Assembly: GCA_017936925.1 (NCBI GenBank)
Contig: JAGBEP010000019.1
Location: forward strand, 64,508-128,507
Length of the DNA stretch: 64,000 nucleotides
Direction of reading: 5' to 3'
Source of the DNA: Clostridia bacterium
GTDB taxonomy: Bacteria; Bacillota; Clostridia; TANB77; CAG-508
How positions within the stretch are numbered: the first letter of the stretch is position 1; each line of letters starts with the position of its first letter. The notes beneath the pieces are model-generated. The model did no database searches, had not been told where the DNA came from, and saw only the letters and a list, made by a program, of their open reading frames with translations. The position numbers and the translations under genes were made by a program. This document shows, piece after piece, positions 36,290-45,078 of this stretch.

Positions 36290-37921
36290 TTAATATATTT
36301 TTCTAAATATTTTATTTTGATTTTTATTTATATAATTTGTTATTGCTAAATATGCTACTAAGCTTATAATTAGTAGTGTTACTAAAAATATATTAGCTTT
36401 TTTTATTATTTTACTTATTACTAATAGGCCCATTAGTACTGCTAATGTGTAAAATAATACATTCATTACATTAGTATTTTGTTTCATCATTGTATACTCG
36501 CTATTCCAATTTATTTGTGGCTTTTTTATATCTATTAATAATTTTATGTTTTCTCCTATTGAATTCATTAGATATAATATTGAAAATACTATGATGCTTG
36601 CATTAATATTTTGTACTGTATAATAGTAAGCAAATGTTACTATTACAGTTGATAATAAGTTTATTCTTTTTCCTATTTTGGTTTTAATATCAAATTGATT
36701 ATTTAGCTCCATTGGCAATGTCTTTGTGAGTATTGCTGTTTTTGAATCTTTTGATATTCCTATTATCGAGCAAAAATTCATCATAAAAAATACCTGAGCT
36801 ACTCCTAAAAAAATTGCTTGTCCACTGGATGTATTAATTATTTCTAACAGTTTTTCTGTAATGTTTACTCCCATATTTTTAGATAATATTATTGCAATTA
36901 TTAATACGCTTAAAATTATTAATGGATATATTAATGGTATTATTATGCATTGAATACAAAATATTGGTGTTCGTAATATTGTTCTTAATTCCTTTTTTAG
37001 ATATGCTTTATTAGCTTTTTCTTGTTTAAAATCGTTTATTGTTAATTTTTTATTTTCTTTTTTTGCTTTCTTACTGTTTATTGTTGTTCCTATTGCCCCT
37101 TTTAAATACACTTTTGAAATTATAAATAGTCCTACAATGTAAATACTTAAACTTTCTAGAATGTATATAGTTAAATTTTTTGCTCCTTCTATATTATTAT
37201 AGTTTAGAATTGTATTCATTATTGGTTTTAACAATGCAAATTGATTTGATATAATTGTTGCTACTCCATTTTTCTCTAAAATTGCTTTTTCAAATTCATA
37301 ATTTGATACACTTATTGGCTTAAATCCTGTAAATAAAAAATCTATTATTATGGCTGTTACTATTATTGTTATATACATTACTTGTGCTTTATTTTTTAAT
37401 TTATTTGAAAACCTCATTATTATTGCTGTTATTATTGATGTTGTTATTATTGGAATTATAGGTAAAATTATTAGCGTTATTAGTATGTATAAATAAAATA
37501 GTATTTTTACTCTCATTATTATTCCATATATTATCATTGGAATAGCTAACATTATGATTTCCATTTGATATTCAGAAATTATCATATTTATTAATTTAGC
37601 ATGAACAATGTCTTTAGGTTTTATTGGCATTTTTAGTAATTGTTTTAAATCTTTTGAAAAATATAACACATTTAAACTTTCAAATACACTTTTTGCAAAT
37701 AATATTATAAAGTTCATTAGCAATAAAATGTTTATAAATGTGTATGTCTGATTTATTTCTTTTAGTTTATAAGTAACTGTATATGAAATGCTTATCATTG
37801 TTACTGTTAAAAATCCAAATACTATTATAAATGCAATAAATGATAATATTTTTTCTTTTAGTGTTTCTTGGATTTCTTGTCTTTTAGAATTCTTTATAAT
37901 TATGTTTGTTAAACTTTTCAT
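36290..37921 (-). CDS. polytopic ABC exporter permease-like protein
   Basis: 543 aa with at least 10 hydrophobic segments. Starts 38 nt downstream of the ATPase stop. Confidence 0.6.
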   Translation of the reverse strand: MKSLTNIIIKNSKRQEIQETLKEKILSFIAFIIVFGFLTVTMISISYTVTYKLKEINQTYTFINILLLMNFIILFAKSVFESLNVLYFSKDLKQLLKMPIKPKDIVHAKLINMIISEYQMEIIMLAIPMIIYGIIMRVKILFYLYILITLIILPIIPIITTSIITAIIMRFSNKLKNKAQVMYITIIVTAIIIDFLFTGFKPISVSNYEFEKAILEKNGVATIISNQFALLKPIMNTILNYNNIEGAKNLTIYILESLSIYIVGLFIISKVYLKGAIGTTINSKKAKKENKKLTINDFKQEKANKAYLKKELRTILRTPIFCIQCIIIPLIYPLIILSVLIIAIILSKNMGVNITEKLLEIINTSSGQAIFLGVAQVFFMMNFCSIIGISKDSKTAILTKTLPMELNNQFDIKTKIGKRINLLSTVIVTFAYYYTVQNINASIIVFSILYLMNSIGENIKLLIDIKKPQINWNSEYTMMKQNTNVMNVLFYTLAVLMGLLVISKIIKKANIFLVTLLIISLVAYLAITNYINKNQNKIFRKIY

Positions 37922-37958
37922 TTATTTCCTTTCTTTATTTTTCTTTTGTATTAATATT

Positions 37959-38705
37959 TTATTCTTTTTTTCTGTCTATTAATTCTAAAAATGATTCCTC
38001 TAGTGATGCATCGTTTTTTACTTGTTCTTTTAAATTTTCTATACTGCCTGTATATATTATTTTTCCTTTGTTTATTACTGCTATTTTGTCACATATTTTT
38101 TCTGCTACTTCTAATACATGTGTTGAGAAAAATACTGTATTTCCTTTTCTTGCATGTTCTTTCATTAATTCTTTCAATATATATGATGCTTGTGGATCTA
38201 ATCCTGTCATTGGTTCGTCTAGTATCCAATTTTTAGGATTATATAAAAGAACACTTATTATTAATAGTTTTTGTTTCATTCCGTGTGAGTAACTTTGAAT
38301 TCTTTCTTTTAAATGATTATAGATATTTAATTCTCTTGATAATTTCTCTACTATTTCTAATCTTTGTTTCGGATTAACTTTATATATGTCACCTATAAAA
38401 TTTAGATATTCTATTCCTGTTAATTTTTCAAACATGTCCGGTGAATCTGGTACAAATCCAAATAGTTTTTTAGCTTCTATTGGATCTTTTTTTATGCTTT
38501 TTCCATCTATGAGAATATCTCCTTCATCTATTTGGAGTACTCCTGTTATCATTTCTAGTGTTGTTGTTTTTCCTGCTCCATTTGGACCTATAAAACCGAA
38601 TATTGTTTTATCTTCAATTTTTAAATTCATCTTGTCTATTATTTTTTGACCTTTTACATATGATGTGCTTACATTTTTTATCTCAATCATGTTTTTCTCC
38701 TTCAA
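37959..38705 (-). CDS. ABC transporter ATP-binding protein
   Basis: Walker A GPNGAGKTTT, signature YSHGMKQK, Walker B ILDEP. Confidence 0.9.
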   Translation of the reverse strand: MKEKNMIEIKNVSTSYVKGQKIIDKMNLKIEDKTIFGFIGPNGAGKTTTLEMITGVLQIDEGDILIDGKSIKKDPIEAKKLFGFVPDSPDMFEKLTGIEYLNFIGDIYKVNPKQRLEIVEKLSRELNIYNHLKERIQSYSHGMKQKLLIISVLLYNPKNWILDEPMTGLDPQASYILKELMKEHARKGNTVFFSTHVLEVAEKICDKIAVINKGKIIYTGSIENLKEQVKNDASLEESFLELIDRKKE

Positions 38706-38753
38706 TAAAAGCAGGACAAAATGTCATTTTGCCCTGCTTTTTTCTATAGTATT

Positions 38754-40058
38754 CTATTTTACAATTCCCAAGATTGTTTTTGGTTTTGCAACTCTTTTTG
38801 GATCTAATATAAATGCATTTTTTAAGTTTTTTACAGCTCCATCTATTTTACTTTCATCATTTGTATGAATATAAGCTAATACATGTCCAACCTCTACAAC
38901 GTTTCCTATTCTCTGATTCATTATAATTCCTGCTGAATGATCTATAGAATCTTCTTTTCTTGTTCTTCCTGCACCTAGATATACTGATATGTTTCCTATC
39001 ATTTCTGTATCTACTTCTTTTAGTGCTCCTCTTTCTTCTGCAAATACTGGTATGATATGTTTAGCTTTTGGAAATTTGTCAGTTTCTTCAATATAACTTA
39101 TATCTCCACCTTGTTTTGCAACTAGTTCTTTGAATTTTTGGTATGCTCTTCCTGAATTTATTGAATCTACAATCATTTTTTGAGCTTCATTTATATCTTG
39201 TGTTTGTCCTGACATTAATATCATTTGAACTCCTAATGCCAATATTATTTCTTTTACGTCATCTGTCATTTCACCTTTTAATGCTCTTATTGCTTCTATA
39301 ACTTCCAATGAATTTCCAATAGCATGGCCTGTTGGTTCGTCCATATTGGTTATTACGCATCTTACTTCTCTTCCTGCTAGTCTTCCTATTTTTATCATCA
39401 TGTTCGCAAGTTCTTTTGCATCTTTTATATCTTTCATAAATGCACCTTTACCACATGTTATATCTATTAATATTTTATTTGCTCCTGCTGCAATTTTTTT
39501 ACTCATTATACTTGAAGCAATTAGTGGAATATTAGCTGTACATGCAATTGTATCTCTTAATGCATATATTTTTTTATCTGCTGGAGCTAGGTTTAGACTT
39601 GATGTTATTAAACTTATTCCTATTTCTTTTATGTTTTCTTTGAATTCTTCAATGCTTAAATTAACATTATATCCTGGTATTGATTCTAACTTATCACTTG
39701 TTCCTCCAGTAAACCCTAATCCTCTTCCTGACATTTTAGCAACAGGTATTCCCATTGATGCAATTATTGGCATTAATATTAATGTGATTTTGTCACCAAC
39801 TCCTCCTGTTGAGTGTTTGTCAACAATACTATCTGATATATCGCTTAAATCTAATGTTTCTCCCGAATTTGCCATTGAGATTGTTAAATTTGTTATTTCT
39901 TCATTTGTCATTCCGTTAATATATATTGCCATTATTAATGCGGCTGCTTGATAATCTGTTACTGTACCTTTAGTATATTCTTTTATAAAATAATCAATTT
40001 CTTCTTTTGTTAATGTTTTCTTGTCTCTTTTCTTTCCTATTATGCTTAAAATATTCAT
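38754..40058 (-). CDS. pdp: pyrimidine-nucleoside phosphorylase
   Basis: 434 aa, HSTGGVGDK, DYQAAALIMAIYINGM. Confidence 0.9.
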   Translation of the reverse strand: MNILSIIGKKRDKKTLTKEEIDYFIKEYTKGTVTDYQAAALIMAIYINGMTNEEITNLTISMANSGETLDLSDISDSIVDKHSTGGVGDKITLILMPIIASMGIPVAKMSGRGLGFTGGTSDKLESIPGYNVNLSIEEFKENIKEIGISLITSSLNLAPADKKIYALRDTIACTANIPLIASSIMSKKIAAGANKILIDITCGKGAFMKDIKDAKELANMMIKIGRLAGREVRCVITNMDEPTGHAIGNSLEVIEAIRALKGEMTDDVKEIILALGVQMILMSGQTQDINEAQKMIVDSINSGRAYQKFKELVAKQGGDISYIEETDKFPKAKHIIPVFAEERGALKEVDTEMIGNISVYLGAGRTRKEDSIDHSAGIIMNQRIGNVVEVGHVLAYIHTNDESKIDGAVKNLKNAFILDPKRVAKPKTILGIVK

Positions 40059-40071
40059 TTGTTTTCTCCTT

Positions 40072-40701
40072 TTATTTTATAAAATTTTTTATAAATGTTT
40101 TTCTATGTAATATACATGGACCATATTCTTTTATTGCTGCAATATGCTTTGCTGTTCCATATCCTTTATGTCCATTAAATCCATATTGTGGGTATATTTC
40201 ATCATATTGTCTCATCATTCTATCCCTTGTAACTTTTGCTATTATTGATGCTGCTGCTATAGAGTATTCTTTTGCATCTCCTTTTATTATGGATTTATAT
40301 GGTATTCCTAGTGTATCAATATTAGTTAGTGCGTCAACTAATATTAAATCTGGCTTTGTAGTTAAATTTTCTAATGCTCTTTTCAAAGCAAGTTTTGTTG
40401 CATTTAAAATATTTATTTCATCAATTTCATTTTGATCTGCGATTCCTACACTCCATGCGATTGCCTCATCTGTAATTTGATCATATAATTTTTCTCTTTT
40501 TTTCTCAGATACTTTTTTAGAGTCATTTACGCCTTCAATCATAGAATCTTTTGGCATTATAGCAACTCCAACTACAACTGGACCTGCAAGTGGTCCTCTT
40601 CCTGCTTCATCTATTCCTGCTATTAATTTTATATTATTTGAATATAATTTTTCTTCATCACTTTTTAATAATTTTAATCTTTCTTCTTCTTTTTCTTTCA
40701 T
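40072..40701 (-). CDS. rnhB: ribonuclease HII
   Basis: GIDEAGRGPLAGPVV and downstream DSKK motifs. Confidence 0.9.
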   Translation of the reverse strand: MKEKEEERLKLLKSDEEKLYSNNIKLIAGIDEAGRGPLAGPVVVGVAIMPKDSMIEGVNDSKKVSEKKREKLYDQITDEAIAWSVGIADQNEIDEINILNATKLALKRALENLTTKPDLILVDALTNIDTLGIPYKSIIKGDAKEYSIAAASIIAKVTRDRMMRQYDEIYPQYGFNGHKGYGTAKHIAAIKEYGPCILHRKTFIKNFIK

Positions 40702-40702
40702 T

Positions 40703-41284
40703 TTAGTTTCTCACTTCATCTGTTTTTAGATTTTTTATATCTTCATAAAAATAGTAATATTTCTCATTTTTTCTTCCGTCTTTTCTAGCTAATATTCCCT
40801 TATAATTTGATTGCTCATCTCTTTCGTTTTGACAATATGCTACACTTAATGTTTTATAATTTACAAAATATTTATCATTATTTAGTTTAATATCTATTCC
40901 TAATGTATTTAAATCATCTTGTGATAATTCAAACCAATAATATGGTTCGTCTCCTAGCATGCTTTTATTTGAGTATGATAATAATTTATACATTATATCT
41001 GTTGATGTATTATTTATACTTGTTTTGGTTCCAATAAATTTGTCTGAAATTGTATATATTTTTACTCCATCATCACCTTCTGTTGTTACTGTTTCATCTA
41101 TATACTTATCTCTATAAATACTTGCAGCTGAACGTATTAATTCCATATTGCTAACAATTTCTTTTAAATCTGCTTCTTTATTTAAATTCATATTTATTGA
41201 CATTATTACTCCAGCAAGTATTAGCATAACAATAATTGTTACAACTAATATAGTTAGTGTAATACCTTTTTCATTTTTTAACAT
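40703..41284 (-). CDS. orphan pilin-like protein with the same non-canonical leader as pilA
   Basis: MLKNEKG|ITLTILVVTIIVMLILAGVIM. Its stop codon is 1 nt from the rnhB ATG. Confidence 0.6.
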   Translation of the reverse strand: MLKNEKGITLTILVVTIIVMLILAGVIMSINMNLNKEADLKEIVSNMELIRSAASIYRDKYIDETVTTEGDDGVKIYTISDKFIGTKTSINNTSTDIMYKLLSYSNKSMLGDEPYYWFELSQDDLNTLGIDIKLNNDKYFVNYKTLSVAYCQNERDEQSNYKGILARKDGRKNEKYYYFYEDIKNLKTDEVRN

Positions 41285-41418
41285 ATTTCCTCCAAATTTT
41301 AATTTTTTTTTAAGTTTGTACTTTTATTATATATATAGATTTTATATTTTTCAATAATAAATTATTGTACTTTTCATAAAAAAAGTATAAATTATAATTA
41401 TATTTTTAGGAGGTTATT

Positions 41419-42675
41419 ATGGATAATAAGGAAGAAAAAAAATCTGAACATGATTTTGTTGTTAAATCTACTTCTGCATCAAGTTGTTCTAAAAACAATT
41501 CTGGAAAATCAACTTTAAAAACTATTTTAATTTCTTTAACTTCTGGAATTGTTGGAGCATCATTGGTTTTAGGATTATGTCTATATGTTCCTAATATAAG
41601 AACTTTATTAGATTCTGATAGTTCAGATAGTAGTACAAAAAAATCAGTGTCAAAAATTTTCACTTCAGAAGGAGCAGTAAATACTGGTATCGATTTATCA
41701 GAATATTCTGATACTGCTATTTCAGTTGCAAATAAAGTTTTACCTTCTGTTGTTGGTATTGAAGTTACTTTTTCAATCTCTGCTAATTATCATACTTTTC
41801 TTACTCAAGATTCTTCAACTTCAACAGCTACTGGTTCTGGTGTAATTATTTCTGAGGATGGATATATTCTTACTAATAACCATATAGTTGATGCATCATC
41901 ATCTTCTTCAAGTTATTATACAGTTTCTGATGCAAAAAAAGTTGTTATCTATCTATATGATGAAGATGAACCTATAGATGCTGAAATTGTTGGTACGGAT
42001 AGTGTTACTGATTTAGCAATTTTAAAAATTGATAGAGATGGTTTGACTCCCGCAACAATAGGAGATTCAGATTCTGTTCAAGTTGGTGAATTTGCTATGG
42101 CTATTGGTAATCCTTTAGATATGAGAAGTACGGTTACTTCTGGTATTATAAGTGGTTTAAACAGAGAGATTGAAGATGAAAATGGAACTATGTATACTTT
42201 AATTCAAACCGATGCAGCTATTAATTCTGGTAACAGTGGCGGTGCCTTAGTTAATGCAGATGGTGAGTTAATTGGTATTAATACTTTAAAAATGTCTGGT
42301 ACAGGTATTGAAGGTATGGGATTTGCAATTCCTATTAACTCTACTTTAGATATTACTGAGCAATTAATTTCTACTGGAAAAGTTAGTAGACCTTATATTG
42401 GTATTTCTGGTATAAATGTTACTGAAACATATTCACAATATTATAATTTACCTATTGGTGTATATGTTGCAGAACTTCAAAAAGATGGTCCTGCTAAAGA
42501 TTCTGACTTAGAAGTTGGAGATGTAATAATAGAGTTTAATGGTGAAAAAATTGAATCTATGTCTCAACTTAACAAAGAAAAAAACAAGTGTAAGATTGGT
42601 GATGAAATCACTTTGAAAGTTTCTAGAAATGGTGAAGAATTGGAAATTAAGATTACCTTAATTGAAACTCCATAA
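41419..42675 (+). CDS. htrA: HtrA/DegP-family serine protease with PDZ domain
   Basis: TNNHIV, DLAILKI, GNSGGAL catalytic triad context. N-terminal TM and C-terminal PDZ. Confidence 0.9.
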   Translation: MDNKEEKKSEHDFVVKSTSASSCSKNNSGKSTLKTILISLTSGIVGASLVLGLCLYVPNIRTLLDSDSSDSSTKKSVSKIFTSEGAVNTGIDLSEYSDTAISVANKVLPSVVGIEVTFSISANYHTFLTQDSSTSTATGSGVIISEDGYILTNNHIVDASSSSSSYYTVSDAKKVVIYLYDEDEPIDAEIVGTDSVTDLAILKIDRDGLTPATIGDSDSVQVGEFAMAIGNPLDMRSTVTSGIISGLNREIEDENGTMYTLIQTDAAINSGNSGGALVNADGELIGINTLKMSGTGIEGMGFAIPINSTLDITEQLISTGKVSRPYIGISGINVTETYSQYYNLPIGVYVAELQKDGPAKDSDLEVGDVIIEFNGEKIESMSQLNKEKNKCKIGDEITLKVSRNGEELEIKITLIETP

Positions 42676-42690
42676 AATATTTGTTTTTAG

Positions 42691-42740
42691 TTACTAACTA
42701 ATTTTATGAATAAGACATAAAATTAGTTAGTAATTTTTTA
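42691..42740 (+). terminator. htrA terminator
   Basis: 15-bp stem TTACTAACTAATTTT / AAAATTAGTTAGTAA followed by a T6 run. Confidence 0.7.
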
Positions 42741-42763
42741 TTATATTTTACTAAAAAAGAAGC

Positions 42764-43990
42764 TTAGAGTTTTAAGCTTCTTTTTCCTTCTATTATATTT
42801 TCAGATTTAACTTTGTATATTTCTTTATTTCTATTTATAAATGAGAATATTACTGCTGTTATAGGAACAGTATATACAATTCCTATACTTCCTGATAATG
42901 CGCATACACATTCTGTTGCTATTGCTTCTATATTTATTACTTCAGTAAATGTTACTTGTGAAGACATATATAATAGTACTAGTATTAATGATGAGCCTAT
43001 AAATGAAAGAATAAGTGTATTAGTCATAGTTCCTATCATATCTCCACCTATATTCATTCCACTTTTAAATAATTCTTTTCCTGATATTGATGGATTTTTT
43101 ATTTTTAATTCGCTTAAGCTTGATGCTATAGACATTCCAACATCCATACAAGCTCCTAATGCTGATACTATTATTTCTGCAAATAGTAAATCTCTAAAAT
43201 TAAATGCTGTATCTGATGCTATGCTAAGCATTATTGCTTCTTCTTTTCCTGCTCCTGATAGTTTGGCTAAATATCCAGTAATTATTGCTATTATTCCTGC
43301 TAATACTACTCCTCCTAATGTTCCTAAAGCAGCTGATATTGTTTTTTTATTCCATCCATCAATTACTGTAAATGTTAATACAATTATAATAAAACATGTT
43401 CCTATTGATACTAAAATTGCATTATATCCTTTAAAAATTGCTGCTAATAAAACTATAAATACTGCTAACACTGTTATTATTAATCCTATTATTGCTTTTA
43501 TTCCTTTTTTTCTTCCTACTAAAATTATACTTGCAAAGAAAAATATTACTAATCCTATTAAGTAATTTTGTCTTACTACATCTTGCACTATTATTTTTAT
43601 TTCATTGTTTTCTTTTTGTATGCCTACATATACTGTGTTTCCTTCTTTTAGTTCATATCCTACAATTTTATTGTCTAAATCGTATGTTAATACATATGTA
43701 GTATCAAATTTTTCGTCTTTTTCTTCTCCTTCTAGGATTTTAACTTTTACATTTTGTACATATTCTTTTCCGCCATTTCCATTATCTCTTTCATAGGATT
43801 TACCTGCTTCAATTACTTTTGCTTTAACATTTTCTTTTATCTCTTGTTTTTTCACCTCTGCATTTTGGGTAGTATTTTCTTGAGTTTCTTCTGTAACTTT
43901 CACTTGTTCGTCAGCGTTTGAGATATTTATACCTAATATTTGCGTCAATATTAGAAATATTATCAAACCTGTTAATATTTTCTTGTTCAA
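42764..43990 (-). CDS. YibE/F family membrane protein
   Basis: Signal peptide and ectodomain, then VGRKKGIKAIIGL, KGYNAILVS and GACMDVGMSIASSLSEL, all typical of YibE/F. Confidence 0.75.
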   Translation of the reverse strand: MNKKILTGLIIFLILTQILGINISNADEQVKVTEETQENTTQNAEVKKQEIKENVKAKVIEAGKSYERDNGNGGKEYVQNVKVKILEGEEKDEKFDTTYVLTYDLDNKIVGYELKEGNTVYVGIQKENNEIKIIVQDVVRQNYLIGLVIFFFASIILVGRKKGIKAIIGLIITVLAVFIVLLAAIFKGYNAILVSIGTCFIIIVLTFTVIDGWNKKTISAALGTLGGVVLAGIIAIITGYLAKLSGAGKEEAIMLSIASDTAFNFRDLLFAEIIVSALGACMDVGMSIASSLSELKIKNPSISGKELFKSGMNIGGDMIGTMTNTLILSFIGSSLILVLLYMSSQVTFTEVINIEAIATECVCALSGSIGIVYTVPITAVIFSFINRNKEIYKVKSENIIEGKRSLKL

Positions 43991-44001
43991 AATATTTCCC
44001 C

Positions 44002-44880
44002 CTATTCAAATATTATTACATCTATTTTGTTTGTATTTTCTGTGTTGCCATAGGCATATATAATATACAAATATCCATTTTGGTCTACAATAAAATTTTC
44101 TGTATTCTCAATTTTATATATTGAGTTATTTAAATCCCTTAATTTCATTTCTGAATATTGACTTTTTAAATCTTCATCTTTTTTATTTAATTCTTCTATT
44201 TCTGCATTTATTTCCTTTTGCAAATCTTTCGCTTCATATTTTTTAGCTTTAATTATTTCATTTATTGAAACTTGTGTATCATTATTTAGATTATAATTGT
44301 ATGTTTTGATTTTGGCACTTTGTGTTGTTTGACCTTCATGTATTGTTTCTTTTATTATTAAAGATAATAAATCTCCATTTAAATAAGCTTTATATACAAC
44401 GCTATAATCAGTTTGTTCTTCTGATTTATTCATTATTTCTTCTATTTTATCTATATAATCAGCTTCTATTTGCGCATTTATTTTTTCAGCTTCTATAGAG
44501 TTTATATTTATTTGTGGTACACTTGCACTAATATTATATTTATCTTCTTCTTTTTCTGTTGTAGTGTTATAAGTCCATACAATATCTTTTTCAGATTTTT
44601 TCTTTTTTATGTCTTTTACTGACGTTTGTCCTGATACGTCATTTGTAAAAATACTGTTATTATTAAACTCATTTTTTAGCTTTGTTATTTCTGCTGCATC
44701 TTGAGTGCTTCCTACACCTATTCCTAACATAAATGGATCTGTATCTGAGTATCTATAAAAAACTTGAGCATAAATTCCTATACTTAGTGATAATATACAT
44801 AGTAAAATTACTATTACAAAAAACATAGTTCTATTCATTCCTAAAATCTTATCTACATCTTTTTCTTTATTATTACCCAT
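44002..44880 (-). CDS. hypothetical membrane-anchored protein
   Basis: One TM (FFVIVILLCILSLSIGIYA) and a 240-aa ectodomain. Adjacent to the YibE/F gene. Confidence 0.5.
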   Translation of the reverse strand: MGNNKEKDVDKILGMNRTMFFVIVILLCILSLSIGIYAQVFYRYSDTDPFMLGIGVGSTQDAAEITKLKNEFNNNSIFTNDVSGQTSVKDIKKKKSEKDIVWTYNTTTEKEEDKYNISASVPQININSIEAEKINAQIEADYIDKIEEIMNKSEEQTDYSVVYKAYLNGDLLSLIIKETIHEGQTTQSAKIKTYNYNLNNDTQVSINEIIKAKKYEAKDLQKEINAEIEELNKKDEDLKSQYSEMKLRDLNNSIYKIENTENFIVDQNGYLYIIYAYGNTENTNKIDVIIFE

Positions 44881-44983
44881 ATTTTCTTCCTTTCATAAAT
44901 TATGAACTTTATAATGGAATTAGTATATCATTAAAAAGCTTTAATTTCAATTAATATATTATATTTATTTGCATCTTCTTCCA

Positions 44984-45012
44984 TTGACTAATTGTCGTTT
45001 TTGTTGTATTAT
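44984..45012 (+). promoter_or_regulatory. candidate clpE promoter
   Basis: TTGACT-17-TATTAT, about 65 nt upstream of the start. Confidence 0.4.
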
Positions 45013-45078
45013 ACTTTATTATATAGTCGTTAATTTTCGATTATATACAAATTTTTTTAAGGAGAGATTACTTATATT

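Noticed and set aside
41406-41663. Tracked 85-aa minus-strand ORF at the htrA 5' end.
   Set aside because: It is antisense to the htrA coding start, has no RBS and no recognisable product.
44881-45078. CtsR or CIRCE operator upstream of clpE.
   Set aside because: There is no tandem (A/G)GTCAAA heptad and no TTAGCACTC-N9-GAGTGCTAA-like element. Only a weak AT-rich palindrome is present.
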